Positions 8,800-19,117 of a stretch of DNA of 64,000 nucleotides are shown piece after piece. The stretch spans positions 6,336,001-6,400,000 of the forward strand of contig OZ244561.1 in NCBI GenBank assembly GCA_965217585.1, written 5' to 3'. The number at the start of each line of letters is the position of its first letter. Positions within the stretch are counted from its first letter, which is position 1. Origin of the DNA: Candidatus Latescibacterota bacterium. Lineage in GTDB: Bacteria > Latescibacterota > UBA2968 > UBA8231. The notes under the pieces are model-generated. The model did not search any database. It was not told the DNA's origin and saw nothing but the letters and a program-made list of their open reading frames with translations. Position numbers and translations under genes: made by a program.

Positions 8800-10027
8800 G
8801 ATTGCTTTCGCCGCGGTAGAGGTCTGCAAAGCGGGGGTCGTTTTGTGCGATCAGGGAGCGCTTTTTTAGTTGCGCGAAGAAAAGCGCAATGACGATGCCG
8901 CCGATGCCTATTGGAATGGCTAGGTCGAGCCAGTGTAGGGTGATCCCGGTGCTGTGGAAACTCGGACCCTTTTCGGCGTGGACCTTGGTGAAGGCCGGTG
9001 CCGTGATCCAGTACAAATCGACCAAGCGCATGAAGATCAAGCCGGCGGCAATGGTGCCGAGTAGCTTGGTTTTGGACTTCATGGTGCTGGATATGAGAAA
9101 CAGAAAGGGGACGGCAAAGTGAAACAGCAGCAGCCCATAGCCGACATATTGCCAGCCGCCTTCTAAACGGGTCATGTACCAGGTGATCTCCTCGGGCAAA
9201 TTAGCCGACCAGATGATGATCAACTGGGAAAACGAGGTGTATGCCCAGAGCATGACGCAGGCTAGCATAAAGGTGCCCAAGTCGCGCAGGTGCTGCTCGG
9301 TGATCACGCCCTGTAGCGGTTCCTGCCGCGAGAGGGGAACGGCGATGAGGTACGTGAACCCCCAAGCCATCAGTCCCATGCCTATGATGTAGATGATGCC
9401 GAAGATCGTCGAGAACCAATGCGGCTCGAGCGACATCAGCCAATCAACGGAGGCCAGCGTCGCGGTAAGAAAGAAAATGACGATGCCCGGACCGCTCAGG
9501 ACCTGCATGCGATGGGTCGGGTGGGTTGCCGTCGTTTGGTCCTGCTGTAGCGACCAGCGGTTGAGCAGGAAGGCGAACAGGCCCCAGATGGCGAAGTAGA
9601 GCACGGTGCGCACGATAAAGAAAGGCTCGTTGAGAAAGGGAGCCTTTTGCTGGAGGATGCTGTCTTCTTGCACTACGCCCTGGTGCGTCCACTCGTAGAG
9701 GTCGTGCAGGCCGAAGAAGAGGATCGGCAGCGACAGTAGAAACATCAGCGGCAAGGTGCGGGTCCCGGCTTCGAGCAAGCGCCGAATCGAAAACCCCCAA
9801 GTGCCACCGCCGACGTGGTGGATCATGAGGATGCCCATGCAGCCCAAGGGCAGGCCGATCCAGAAGGTAAAGGCCAGCAAATAAGAGCGGAAGAACTGCT
9901 CCTCGGCGGTGAAGTAGCCGACCGCAGTGGCGGCCAAGCCGACCAAGCCCACGACCAGCGCGCGACGCTGGAGGTTGTCTAAATAAGGATGTAGGGCAGC
10001 GGACTGTTGGGTAATCGACTCGTTCAT
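8792..10027 (-). CDS. actF: Alternative complex III subunit F (integral membrane)
   Basis: About 10 TM helices, motifs DWLMSLEPHWFSTIFG and IIWSANLPEE, operon position. Confidence 0.9.
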   Translation of the reverse strand: MNESITQQSAALHPYLDNLQRRALVVGLVGLAATAVGYFTAEEQFFRSYLLAFTFWIGLPLGCMGILMIHHVGGGTWGFSIRRLLEAGTRTLPLMFLLSLPILFFGLHDLYEWTHQGVVQEDSILQQKAPFLNEPFFIVRTVLYFAIWGLFAFLLNRWSLQQDQTTATHPTHRMQVLSGPGIVIFFLTATLASVDWLMSLEPHWFSTIFGIIYIIGMGLMAWGFTYLIAVPLSRQEPLQGVITEQHLRDLGTFMLACVMLWAYTSFSQLIIIWSANLPEEITWYMTRLEGGWQYVGYGLLLFHFAVPFLFLISSTMKSKTKLLGTIAAGLIFMRLVDLYWITAPAFTKVHAEKGPSFHSTGITLHWLDLAIPIGIGGIVIALFFAQLKKRSLIAQNDPRFADLYRGESNHG

Positions 10028-10608
10028 TGAAGTTGCCTTTGGTCCTCGGCTGGCAATTGGTCGAATTCGAGGTTCTGACTTAGCTGTAACACCTTGATAT
10101 AGGCGGCGATGGCCCAACGGTCGGCCACGGGAATGCGGGAGGCATAGCTATACATGACGCCAAAGCCGTTGGTCATGACATCGAAAAAGTGGCCGACGGG
10201 GACCTCGCGCAGCCGCTCTTGGTGATAACTTGGCGGCTGCTTAAGCCCCCGCTGGACGATCATGCCGTTACCCGAGCCGGTCTTGTCGTGGCAGGGGGAG
10301 CAGAAAATGTTGAAGCGCTCCCGGCCGCGTTCTAGTAGCTGGCGGTCAACTACCATCGGCAAGGTTTCAGCGAGTTGGCCTTGTATTTTGCCTTGGTAGA
10401 AGTGCTCGTCGAGCATTAATTGGCCCTGTGCCACGGTGCCGTCAACCTGCGAGCGGAAAGACATACCGTCGGCGAAGAAGGCTGAGGCCTCTAGCGGCTC
10501 GTATTTTTCTTGGTCGTACATGGCCTGCCGCAGCTCGCAACCGGCGGTGCCAATCAGCAACAGCACCGCTCCGAACAGGGCAACGGGCCGTCGGCTAGCG
10601 ATGGTCAT
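10024..10608 (-). CDS. actE: Alternative complex III subunit E (monoheme cytochrome c lipoprotein)
   Basis: Lipobox-like TAGC, MYDQ motif and a single CSPCH. Confidence 0.9.
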   Translation of the reverse strand: MTIASRRPVALFGAVLLLIGTAGCELRQAMYDQEKYEPLEASAFFADGMSFRSQVDGTVAQGQLMLDEHFYQGKIQGQLAETLPMVVDRQLLERGRERFNIFCSPCHDKTGSGNGMIVQRGLKQPPSYHQERLREVPVGHFFDVMTNGFGVMYSYASRIPVADRWAIAAYIKVLQLSQNLEFDQLPAEDQRQLQ

Positions 10609-10609
10609 T

Positions 10610-11155
10610 TCACTTTTCAACTTCGACAACCTCATGCGGATTCAGGCCGCGCAGAAAGTCCTCGGTTTTTTGGCGGTCGAACAGGGGATCCTCGGCCTCG
10701 ATGCTGAGAAAGAAGCGATCTTGGCTGGCGCGGGCGAAATTGGGCGCGTTGAAGACCGGGTGATAGGGCTGGGGCAGACCGTTGGCGATGAACATGCCAA
10801 AGGCCGAACTAAGCGCGGCAAAGAGGATGGTCAGCTCAAAGGTCACCGGGATGAACATCGGCCCGCTGTGCAAGGGCTTGCCGGCGATATTGAGCGGATA
10901 GTCTACGGCCGAGACCCAATAACACAGGGAGTAGCCCGTGATGGCACCGAGCAGGCCAAAGGCGAAAACCAGCCAGGGTAACTTGGTGCGTGGAAAGCCG
11001 ATGGCCTCGCCCAAGCCGTGGATGGGCATGGGCGAATAGCCGTCGATCTTGCGATAGCCAGCGGCGAAGGTCGCCTTGGCCGCGGCCAGCAAGTCGTCGG
11101 GGGATTCAAATTCGGCCAGCAGGCCGTAGGGCGTTGATTCTTCGTGCTGCAGCAT
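10610..11155 (-). CDS. actD: Alternative complex III subunit D (DUF3341)
   Basis: Motifs GLLAEF, YSPMPIHGL and FIPVTFELTILFA. Two TM helices. Confidence 0.92.
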   Translation of the reverse strand: MLQHEESTPYGLLAEFESPDDLLAAAKATFAAGYRKIDGYSPMPIHGLGEAIGFPRTKLPWLVFAFGLLGAITGYSLCYWVSAVDYPLNIAGKPLHSGPMFIPVTFELTILFAALSSAFGMFIANGLPQPYHPVFNAPNFARASQDRFFLSIEAEDPLFDRQKTEDFLRGLNPHEVVEVEK

Positions 11156-11167
11156 AAGTTCAATGGC

Positions 11168-12541
11168 TCACTTGTGGTCTCCAGCGGCCAGCAGATTGCG
11201 GATCTCGTGGATGGAAATCATCGGTAGGCCGCGGACGAACAGAAAAAACAGGACGATGAATAGGCCGATGGTCCCCGCGTAGATGGCGATGTCCCAGATT
11301 GTCGGGTGGAACATGTCCCAAGAAGAGGGCATAAAATCCCGGTGTAGACTCGTGACGACGATGATAAAGCGCTCCAACCACATGCCGACGTTGATGAACT
11401 GGGAAATGAAAAATAGCCAGAACATGCTCGTGCGGAAGTGCCTAAACCACAGGAGCTGCGGCACGATTATGTTGCAGACAATCAAGGCCCAATAGAAGGG
11501 GCCGTACGGGCCATGCATGCGGTTTTGCATCATATAGCCCTCGAAGGCACTAGCGCTGTACCAGGATATGAGTTGTTCCATGAAGTAGCCATATCCCACA
11601 ATCAGCCCGGAAGCCAGCATAACTTTGCCCATGTTGTTTAGATGGCGCTCGGTTATGAAGTCGTCCAAGCCATAGATGAGGCGCATGGGGATCATCAAGG
11701 TCAGCACCATGGCAAAGCCCGCGTAGATTGCCCCGGCAACGAAATAGGGGGGGAATATGGTCGTGTGCCACCCGGGTATCAGGCTGACGGCAAAGTCGAG
11801 ACTGACGACGCTGTGGACAGAGAGCACGAGGGGCGTGGAGAGGCCGGCCAGCAGGAGAGACGCCATTTCGTAGCGCTCCCAGTGAATGGCCGAGCCGCGC
11901 CAGCCGAGCGCGAGCATGCCGTAAATGACTTGGGCGATGCGATTTTTGGCGCGGTCACGCAGGCTCGCTAAATCTGGGACCAAACCGACAAACCAAAAGA
12001 CCAGCGACACCGTCAAATAGGTCGAGACCGCGAAGACGTCCCAGATCAGCGGGCTGCGGAACTGTGGCCAGATGTCCATGGAGTTGGGATAGGGCAACAG
12101 CCAGTAGCAGGCCAACCAGGGCCGCCCCGTGTGAAAGAGCGGAAACTGCGCGGCGCAGAGCACGGCAAAGATGGTCATGGCCTCTGCCGCGCGGTTTATT
12201 GAGGTGCGCCACCGCTGCCGGAACAGCAGTAGAATCGCCGAGATCAGGGTACCGGCGTGACCGATACCGATCCACCAGACAAAATTGATGATGGCCCAAC
12301 CCCAGCCCACCGGGTTGTTGAGGCCCCAGATGCCCACGCCCTCAAAGAGCAGATAGGGAACGCCTATCATGAACCCGTGCAGCAGCAGAAAGCCCACAGC
12401 AAAGCAGATGAACCACGCCAGCGGGGTGTTTCTGGTGAGGACGATCCCACTAATCTTGTCGGTGATCGAGGTGTACGAGGTCTGGCTCGGGCCGAGTTCC
12501 GACACTGGGGGGCGATAAGGCGTTTTCGCAGTTTCGGACAT
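11168..12541 (-). CDS. actC: Alternative complex III subunit C (NrfD/PsrC family quinol-binding subunit)
   Basis: Motifs [32 protein letters not shown] and [14 protein letters not shown]. Confidence 0.95.
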   Translation of the reverse strand: MSETAKTPYRPPVSELGPSQTSYTSITDKISGIVLTRNTPLAWFICFAVGFLLLHGFMIGVPYLLFEGVGIWGLNNPVGWGWAIINFVWWIGIGHAGTLISAILLLFRQRWRTSINRAAEAMTIFAVLCAAQFPLFHTGRPWLACYWLLPYPNSMDIWPQFRSPLIWDVFAVSTYLTVSLVFWFVGLVPDLASLRDRAKNRIAQVIYGMLALGWRGSAIHWERYEMASLLLAGLSTPLVLSVHSVVSLDFAVSLIPGWHTTIFPPYFVAGAIYAGFAMVLTLMIPMRLIYGLDDFITERHLNNMGKVMLASGLIVGYGYFMEQLISWYSASAFEGYMMQNRMHGPYGPFYWALIVCNIIVPQLLWFRHFRTSMFWLFFISQFINVGMWLERFIIVVTSLHRDFMPSSWDMFHPTIWDIAIYAGTIGLFIVLFFLFVRGLPMISIHEIRNLLAAGDHK

Positions 12542-12542
12542 C

Positions 12543-15524
12543 CTAAGCCTCAGCAATTTTTGGATTGGGGTTTTTGATACCTGCTAAATAGGTGGTGCGA
12601 GGCCGCGTGTTTAACTCGGTTAGGATGCCGTAGTTGAGCGGGGACTCCTTGAGGGCGGTGACCCGGCTCTCGGGGTCGTTGATGTCTCCGAAGACGATGG
12701 CTTCGGTGGGGCAGGCCTGTTCGCAGGCGGTGGTGATCTCACCATCGCCTATGGTGCGACTGGCCTTTTTAGCCTCAATCCGCGCTTGATTGATGCGCTG
12801 GACGCAGTACGTGCATTTTTCCATTACGCCGCGGGAGCGCGTGGTGACATCCGGGTTGCGCTGTAGTTTTAAGCTCTCGGTATCACGGTCGGCGTATTGG
12901 AGGAAGTTGAAGCGCCGAACCTTGTAGGGGCAGTTGTTGGCGCAATAGCGGGTGCCGACGCAGCGATTGTAAACCATGTCGTTGAGGCCCTCGTCGCTAT
13001 GAGTTGTCGCCGCGACCGGGCAAACCAATTCGCAAGGGGCGTTTTCACACTGCATGCACGGCACGGGCTGGTGCACGATCTGGGGGTTGTCGAGCGAACC
13101 CTTGTAGTAGCGATCGACGCGAATCCAGGGCATTTCGCGGCCGTTGAGGACCTCGTCCTTGCCCACGATGGGGATGTTGTTTTCGGCTTGGCAGGCCGTC
13201 GCACACGCATTGCAGCCAGTGCAGGCCCCTAGATCAATCACCATACCCCAGGCGTAGCCCGTGTATTGGTGATCTGTGCGGTTGTGCAGCGTCAAGTCAT
13301 CGGGCGGGTCGTGGGCACCCTCGTGGGCAAAGTGCGGATGCTCCTTATAGTAGTCCAGCGAGGCTTGGCGTACGAAGTTGCGGCCCTCCATGGTCTGGTG
13401 ATCTTGGGTGCAGGCGAGGCGATAGCCGTCGTACGAGCCGCTGACCTGTAAGCCGACGCCGCTCCACAAGGCCGCTGTAGGCCGCAGAGCATAGGCATTG
13501 AATCCCGTGTCGCGCCCGACTCGGCCACTGCGCTGCTGGCCGTAGCCCAAGTGCAAGGTGACGACGCCGTCGGCTTGGCCGGGCACGATCCAAACCGCGG
13601 CATTGATCGCGCGCCCATCAAAGCGCAGCTCGGCGAGGAATTCGCTCTTGAGCCGCAGGCGCTCGGCCGTGGCCGGGCTGACGAGGGCGGCGTTGTCCCA
13701 AGTTAGCTTCGTGATGGGCTTCGGGGTTTCCTGGAGCCAAGCGTTGTTGGCAAAGCGGCCGTCCCACAATAGAGGATCGGGCCGAAAGTGGATTTCAAGA
13801 TCTTCTTCGGCGGGAAGGTTTCCAGTCGTTGCCGGCAGGCGCAGCGGACCTAGCTGCACGGATTGGGCTTGGGGGCGTGCGCCTTCGACGAAGCCGTCGT
13901 GCAGTGCGCGGCGCCAAGCAATGGCGTCCAGCCCTTGGCCCTCCCAGTACTGGCGCACGATGTCGAGATCGGGGACTCCGGGCTGGCCGTTGAGCACCGC
14001 CAAGAGGTCGTGCGCTGATTTGCTCTTGTAGAGCGGGCGGATCAGCGGCTGGACGATCGTGGCGAGGCCGTCGTGGGCGCGGGTGTCGCTCCAAGCTTCG
14101 AGAAAGTGAGATTCTGGGATGTGCCAGTGGCAGAGTTCCGACGTTTCGTTGTCGTACAGGCCGAGGTGGACGCGGTAGCCGACCTTGTCGAGCGCCGCAG
14201 CAAAGTCGAGATCCACAGGCGCGTCGTACACTGGATTGCCGCCGAGGATGAACAGGGACTCGACTTGGCCAGCGTTCATGTCGGCGACTAAAGCGGATAG
14301 CGACTCGCGCTGGTCAACCGACTCGACTTCAAGGGGTTCGGTGTAGTGTACGGTTGCGCCTGCATTGCCTAGGGCGTGGTTGATCGCATGGGCCAACGCG
14401 TGTATGGCTGGGGCTTGCTGGTCTCCAGCGAGCACGAGGCTTTGGCCACGATGGGCCTTTAGGTCGTCGACTAGAGCTGAAATCCAGGCGTTGTGGGCGG
14501 AGAAGTCGGCGGGAACGCTCGGTCCCTCCCAGCCAATGCCAAGCCCTTGGGCCACTTTTAAGGCCAAGGCTTCTATGTGCGCTGTGCCTAGTGCCAAACG
14601 GTGATCGGCTACGCTGCCCGTGGCCGTTGGACTGCTCTCGACCGCGTAGAGTCGGTTGCTGGCCTTGGAGCCGTCGCGGACCCTGCGACCGGCCACGAAG
14701 TCCCGAGCGTGGCGGACATTGCCAGCACCGCTGTAGGTAAAATCCGCGTCCAGCGATAGAATGATCTTGGCTTTGGCTAAGTCGTAAAACGCATGGACCG
14801 GCTCGCCAAACGCCATTTGGGTCCCGGCGCGAGTGTTGTCGCGATTGACAGGTTCGTACTGGTGCCACTGGGCTTGGGGAAATTTGTCCCGCAGGACCTG
14901 CAACTGGTGCCCGAGGGTCGGAGAAGTCACCGTTTGGGTCAGGATGCGCAGGCCAGCACCGCCGTTGGCCTCATGCACGCTCAGCCGCTGCGCCAGATCG
15001 GCTAGGAAGATGCTCCAAGCGCTGATGCGACCGGCGTTTTTGACTGTTTGCGAGCGGTCGGGGTCGTAGAGGTCGAGGATCGAAGCCTGTACGAGCGCAT
15101 TAGAGCCTCTGCTGCCGGAGGGGTGCGCGGAGTTGCCTTCGATTTTGGTCGGCCGCCCCATGTGGCTCTCGACCAAAATGCCCATTCCAATACCCCCAAG
15201 CGAGGTGGCGGAAGCAAAGTACTGAGGCTTACCGGGAATGACGTCTTCGGGGGCCCGGACCTGGGGGACGATTTTTTCGCTGGGCTGAATCGTACAGCCC
15301 GAAAGCCCGCCCAGTGCCAGCGATGCACTCATGAGCTTGAGAAAATTCCGCCGACTTACCGGATCCTTCAACTCGGCAGCTTGCTCGGGGAACTCGCGCT
15401 GGACCATGGCGGCGAATTCTTCGGTTTGGGCCAATTGGTCCAAGCTGCGCCAGTACTCTTGCCCCTGTGCGTCTTCGAGGCGGGCGCGGATGGCCGAGAG
15501 ATCGATATTTTTTCTGGTTTCCAT
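12543..15524 (-). CDS. actB: Alternative complex III subunit B (molybdopterin-oxidoreductase-like fold + Fe-S domain)
   Basis: YWRSL leader, Tat motif SRRNFLK followed by LSGC, and Fe-S motifs [37 protein letters not shown] and CTYC...CEQACP. Confidence 0.95.
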   Translation of the reverse strand: METRKNIDLSAIRARLEDAQGQEYWRSLDQLAQTEEFAAMVQREFPEQAAELKDPVSRRNFLKLMSASLALGGLSGCTIQPSEKIVPQVRAPEDVIPGKPQYFASATSLGGIGMGILVESHMGRPTKIEGNSAHPSGSRGSNALVQASILDLYDPDRSQTVKNAGRISAWSIFLADLAQRLSVHEANGGAGLRILTQTVTSPTLGHQLQVLRDKFPQAQWHQYEPVNRDNTRAGTQMAFGEPVHAFYDLAKAKIILSLDADFTYSGAGNVRHARDFVAGRRVRDGSKASNRLYAVESSPTATGSVADHRLALGTAHIEALALKVAQGLGIGWEGPSVPADFSAHNAWISALVDDLKAHRGQSLVLAGDQQAPAIHALAHAINHALGNAGATVHYTEPLEVESVDQRESLSALVADMNAGQVESLFILGGNPVYDAPVDLDFAAALDKVGYRVHLGLYDNETSELCHWHIPESHFLEAWSDTRAHDGLATIVQPLIRPLYKSKSAHDLLAVLNGQPGVPDLDIVRQYWEGQGLDAIAWRRALHDGFVEGARPQAQSVQLGPLRLPATTGNLPAEEDLEIHFRPDPLLWDGRFANNAWLQETPKPITKLTWDNAALVSPATAERLRLKSEFLAELRFDGRAINAAVWIVPGQADGVVTLHLGYGQQRSGRVGRDTGFNAYALRPTAALWSGVGLQVSGSYDGYRLACTQDHQTMEGRNFVRQASLDYYKEHPHFAHEGAHDPPDDLTLHNRTDHQYTGYAWGMVIDLGACTGCNACATACQAENNIPIVGKDEVLNGREMPWIRVDRYYKGSLDNPQIVHQPVPCMQCENAPCELVCPVAATTHSDEGLNDMVYNRCVGTRYCANNCPYKVRRFNFLQYADRDTESLKLQRNPDVTTRSRGVMEKCTYCVQRINQARIEAKKASRTIGDGEITTACEQACPTEAIVFGDINDPESRVTALKESPLNYGILTELNTRPRTTYLAGIKNPNPKIAEA

Positions 15525-15526
15525 GT

Positions 15527-16183
15527 TTAGCGATGGCAGATAGAGCAGTTGGTGAGTTGGCTGGTCTGCACGCCGTATTCGGCGACGAGTTGCGCACCCA
15601 AGCTTTCTTGGTCGGCTGGATACTGGTAGCTCATGTTAAAGACATGGTCGCGCGGGCGGATGTGCTGGGCGGGATCGCGGTGGCAATCGAGGCACCACTC
15701 CATATTTAGCGATTCGGCTTTCCACATCAGGGGCATTTGATCGACTTGGCCGTGGCACGACTGGCAGCCAATGCCTTGGTTGACGTGGATGCTGTGGTTG
15801 AAATAGACGAAGTCGGGCAAGTCGTGGACGCGATTCCACTCGAGGGGCACATTGTCGCGGAAGCTGGCACGCACGGGTTCGAGGATGGGGGCTTCGGTCC
15901 AGATCTGCGAGTGGCAGGTCATGCAGGTTTCGGTCGGGGGAATGCCGGCAAAAGCACTCACCTCGACGGTGGTATGGCAATAGCGGCAGTCGATGCCCAT
16001 GCCAGTGACGTGGTGTTTGTGGCTAAAGGGAACGGGCTGCTCGATGGCCACGTTGACTTGGTTGACGAAGTAAATGCGATTGATGTTGAGTACGATACCG
16101 AGGATACTGGCGACTAGGACAAGGCCGACGAGGATGCTGGCCTTAGAAGCCCAGTTAGCACTGCGCGGGAATACTTGAGCCAT
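15527..16183 (-). CDS. actA: Alternative complex III subunit A (pentaheme cytochrome c)
   Basis: Five CxxCH motifs (CRYCH, CMTCH, CQSCH, CLDCH, CSICH) after an N-terminal TM helix. Confidence 0.95.
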   Translation of the reverse strand: MAQVFPRSANWASKASILVGLVLVASILGIVLNINRIYFVNQVNVAIEQPVPFSHKHHVTGMGIDCRYCHTTVEVSAFAGIPPTETCMTCHSQIWTEAPILEPVRASFRDNVPLEWNRVHDLPDFVYFNHSIHVNQGIGCQSCHGQVDQMPLMWKAESLNMEWCLDCHRDPAQHIRPRDHVFNMSYQYPADQESLGAQLVAEYGVQTSQLTNCSICHR

Positions 16184-16247
16184 ATTTTTCAGTTTAGCTG
16201 AGGTTGTAGAAAGTCGGCCTTAGCTCTTCCGGCCAAAACAATCTTGT

Positions 16248-16275
16248 AAATTAGGCCAGTTTAATTTGGTGTCAA
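16248..16275 (-). promoter_or_regulatory. Putative sigma70 promoter of the act operon
   Basis: Minus strand TTGACA-N16-TAATTT. Confidence 0.5.
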
Positions 16276-16305
16276 CAGATGCGATAAAAAACCTAGGCTA
16301 GGCAT

Positions 16306-16334
16306 TTGACTTTGGGTCTCTCGCAGTATAATAT
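16306..16334 (+). promoter_or_regulatory. Putative sigma70 promoter of tRNA-Arg
   Basis: TTGACT followed by TATAAT at a 15-nt spacer, or TAATAT at a 17-nt spacer. Confidence 0.55.
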
Positions 16335-16354
16335 GAACAGCGTCCCTTCCTATA

Positions 16355-16428
16355 ACCCCCGTAGCTCAGCAGGATAGAGCAACAGATTCCTAATCTGTGG
16401 GTCGGCGGTTCGAATCCGCCCGGGGGTA
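16355..16428 (+). tRNA. tRNA-Arg (anticodon CCT); CCA not encoded
   Basis: Acceptor stem ACCCCCG/CGGGGGT, anticodon arm ACAGA-TTCCTAA-TCTGT, T-loop GTTCGAATC. Confidence 0.95.
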
Positions 16429-16535
16429 GTTCATTTCTTCGCTACCGGCTGCTCCCTAGGCAGTTACGGCCGTGTAGCACATTCCCACCTAGCAGCGAAT
16501 TATATACAACTCAGGTCAATAGGTTGCGCATTGAA

Positions 16536-18008
16536 ATGACAAGGAGCGAAGAGACGCTACAAATCGCCGGCCAAGTCGAAGCCATGCTCGCGGCCTTGGA
16601 CCGGCTCTCTTCCTTCAGCCGGTTGCTCGAACCCGCCGAGAAGGATCCGTTGCGCTCCCTGCTGCGCTGTGCGCAGGCGTGTGCTGACAGGCTGGTGGCC
16701 GGTAAAGAGGCGCAGCGCACGGCGGACGAATTGGCCGCGCAACACCAGCGTTGCTCTGATGCGCTCCTCGCGGCAGCCCTCAACGGAGATTGGGGCGGTG
16801 GCGCGCCGGATTTACAAGGACTATTGCTCAATCGGCTCCTCGATGGCCAACACCCATTTTTGCGTGCTTGTGAAGAGCGATCTCCAGCAGAGGTTCCCGC
16901 CGCGCTACGTCAGGTTGCGTGCCGCGATTTGCAAAGTGCCGCGGCCTTGGCCCGTCCCCGCTGGGGGGTATGGTTGCGACTGATCGGCGGCGACGCGGAA
17001 CCTTTGGCCCCCATGCCCGGGGATGGGGTGGAACCCGCAGTCGTGGGTCAACTGAAAGAGCGTTTTACCCACAGCGAGGATTGGGCTGAGTTGGCTGGGG
17101 CGCTCGGATGCTTGATCCACGAGCACGGGCGGGGTACGCTGCGCCGATTCCCGGCCTTTCGCTTGGTCGGCAGGGGGGCCAAGCCCATCTTGGAACCCAT
17201 CCGCCACTTCGCGGAATTTCCCCTCGGCTGGCTGGAGGGCAACGAAGCGAGAATCCAAGTGCTTGAAGAAAACACGCGCCATCTTCTCGCTGGTTATCGG
17301 GCACACAACGCGCTGATCTGGGGACCGCGGGGTGGCGGTAAATCGACGCTGATACGGGCCTTAGTGGGGCAATTCTTTGATCGCGGCCTGCGTGCCATCG
17401 AAATCTCCCCGTCTTGCTACCATCTGTTGCCCGATCTCTTTGCCCTCGTCCGGGGGCGTCGCCAGCGCTTTGTGGGCGTGCTGGACAATGTGTCACTGGG
17501 CCGGGGCGACGACAGCCTGCACCTGCTTTCGCGGGTGCTCGACGGGGGGCTGGAAGCGTGCCCGGACAACTTGGTCTTCTATGCGACCTCCAACTACAAA
17601 GACCTAGTCGACCGGGAGGGTGAGCGCCCGCAAGGGCTGGGCCAAATGCAGCTAGACGACGAGCGCCCCAACCGAGTCAATCAAGGCATTCAGGCCGAAT
17701 TCTACGACCCCCAACAACTGCAACGCCTCGATCAGGAGCGGGCGCTCGACGACCGTTTTGCCCTCAAGGTCTTCCTCGATCTGCCTAGTAGGCAGCAATA
17801 TCGCGTTATGGTATTGTCCTATGCGCGCCGAGCGGGAATTGACCTGCCGGAAGAAGACTTATTGGCCGCTTTCGAGGTTTGGCGGATGCGACACAACCAC
17901 GATTTGATCGGTGGCCGGACGGCTCGGGACTTCATCGATGCGTACCTACCTCAGTATGTGCGCGGCAAGGAGAAGTTAAATCAACCTTCGAGTAGTTCGA
18001 TTTCGTAA
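16536..18008 (+). CDS. DUF815-like AAA+ ATPase
   Basis: Walker A GPRGGGKST, motifs LVFYATSN and ALDDRF, and GGRTARDF tail. The start could be TTG 16524. Confidence 0.8.
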   Translation: MTRSEETLQIAGQVEAMLAALDRLSSFSRLLEPAEKDPLRSLLRCAQACADRLVAGKEAQRTADELAAQHQRCSDALLAAALNGDWGGGAPDLQGLLLNRLLDGQHPFLRACEERSPAEVPAALRQVACRDLQSAAALARPRWGVWLRLIGGDAEPLAPMPGDGVEPAVVGQLKERFTHSEDWAELAGALGCLIHEHGRGTLRRFPAFRLVGRGAKPILEPIRHFAEFPLGWLEGNEARIQVLEENTRHLLAGYRAHNALIWGPRGGGKSTLIRALVGQFFDRGLRAIEISPSCYHLLPDLFALVRGRRQRFVGVLDNVSLGRGDDSLHLLSRVLDGGLEACPDNLVFYATSNYKDLVDREGERPQGLGQMQLDDERPNRVNQGIQAEFYDPQQLQRLDQERALDDRFALKVFLDLPSRQQYRVMVLSYARRAGIDLPEEDLLAAFEVWRMRHNHDLIGGRTARDFIDAYLPQYVRGKEKLNQPSSSSIS

Positions 18009-18358
18009 CCGTCGGGATCGTCGATAAAGGCCATCTTGCGGCCGGTGGGGAAGGTCGTGCGCCAATCGCTAGGCCATATTTCGATCCCGTTGTTTTCCAA
18101 GGCGTCGCAAAAGCCGATCAAGTCGGGAACCGCGATCGCGAGGTGCATGAGATCTTCGGGGACGGCGAGCTGGTAATCGGCGGAATAGGTCAGCTCTAGG
18201 GTGTGTTCATTGCCGGGCAGTTCAAGATGGACGATTTGGTTGCCGGCGGGCGAGTTATCGGAGCGGCTCCGGACCTCAAAGCCGAGGTGGGTGCAATACC
18301 ACTCAATAGAGCGATCGAGATCACCGACGCGGATGCGGGTGTGCAAGAAGCGAGCCAT
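17981..18358 (-). CDS. VOC family protein (lactoylglutathione lyase/glyoxalase I-like)
   Basis: Motifs FLHTRIRVGDLDRSI, LELTY, HLAI and AFIDDPDGYEIEL. Confidence 0.88.
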   Translation of the reverse strand: MARFLHTRIRVGDLDRSIEWYCTHLGFEVRSRSDNSPAGNQIVHLELPGNEHTLELTYSADYQLAVPEDLMHLAIAVPDLIGFCDALENNGIEIWPSDWRTTFPTGRKMAFIDDPDGYEIELLEG

Positions 18359-18478
18359 AGGGACATCCTTTCGCGGGTTGTTATAATTAAGGTAGGGGCT
18401 GCTGCGTGAACAGGCAGTCCCTTGCGCGGGTTGGAACGAGGCGTGTAGATTAAATCAGTCAGGGGTAGAAGCGAAAAG

Positions 18479-18565
18479 TGGTGCCGAAGAGAGGACTCGA
18501 ACCTCCACGGGGTTGCCCCCACATGGTCCTGAACCATGCGCGTCTACCAATTTCGCCACTTCGGC
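18479..18565 (-). tRNA. tRNA-Leu (anticodon CAG)
   Basis: Reverse complement reads GCCGAAG...CATGG-TTCAGGA-CCATG, long variable arm, GTTCGAGTC, CTTCGGC-ACCA. Confidence 0.96.
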
Positions 18566-18578
18566 AAGTGAACGGCAC

Positions 18579-18607
18579 AAATTAAGCGCAGGGCTTGCAG
18601 CCGTCAA
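18579..18607 (-). promoter_or_regulatory. Putative sigma70 promoter of tRNA-Leu
   Basis: Minus strand TTGACG-N17-TAATTT. Confidence 0.55.
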
Positions 18608-18637
18608 GCCCGTTCCCTTCGTGAAAATAGGCGGGTT

Positions 18638-19117
18638 ATGGCCAAAACGGAAAATGGTGCCAAGCGCGAGTTAATCGCCGTGCAAAACCGCAAAGCCCGG
18701 CACGACTACGAGGTGATGGGCTGCTATGAGACCGGCATTGTCTTGCGCGGCACGGAAGTCAAGTCGCTGCGCAACGGGCGTGCCAACCTCAAGGACAGCT
18801 TCGCCTTAGTTGAACGAGGCGAAATTTTCCTGCACAATGTCCACATTGCCCAGTACGAGCGAGGGAACAATTTCAACCACGATCCAGAGCGCGTGCGCAA
18901 ATTGCTCTTGCACCGCAGTGAAATCCGGAGACTGACGGGGAGGACGCAACAACAGGGCCTTACCCTGGTGCCGCTAAAGATCTACTTCAAGCGCGGCAGA
19001 GCCAAGGTGGAATTGGCACTGGTCCGCGGCAAGAAGCAGTTCGACAAGCGCCAGGCTTTGGCCCAACGCCAGGCCGACCGAGACGTCGACCGGGCCCTCA
19101 AGGAGCGGCATCGGTGA
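18638..19117 (+). CDS. smpB: SsrA-binding protein
   Basis: Motifs [27 protein letters not shown] and GKKQFDKR. Confidence 0.97.
   Translation: MAKTENGAKRELIAVQNRKARHDYEVMGCYETGIVLRGTEVKSLRNGRANLKDSFALVERGEIFLHNVHIAQYERGNNFNHDPERVRKLLLHRSEIRRLTGRTQQQGLTLVPLKIYFKRGRAKVELALVRGKKQFDKRQALAQRQADRDVDRALKERHR

Noticed and set aside
14453-14466. ggcc-ttta-ggtc in actB, and ccc-ttta-ggg near 28695, as further mini-element copies
   Set aside because: Stems are only 3-4 bp, the 5' cttcaccgc part is missing, and there is no sign of an insertion.
16355-18565. tRNA-Arg and tRNA-Leu as integration sites of an island
   Set aside because: I found no duplicated tRNA 3' end and no integrase, and the enclosed genes have core-like composition.
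18638-19117. tmRNA (ssrA) next to smpB
   Set aside because: The flanks are a tRNA-Leu and an overlapping CDS. No tmRNA termini were seen.
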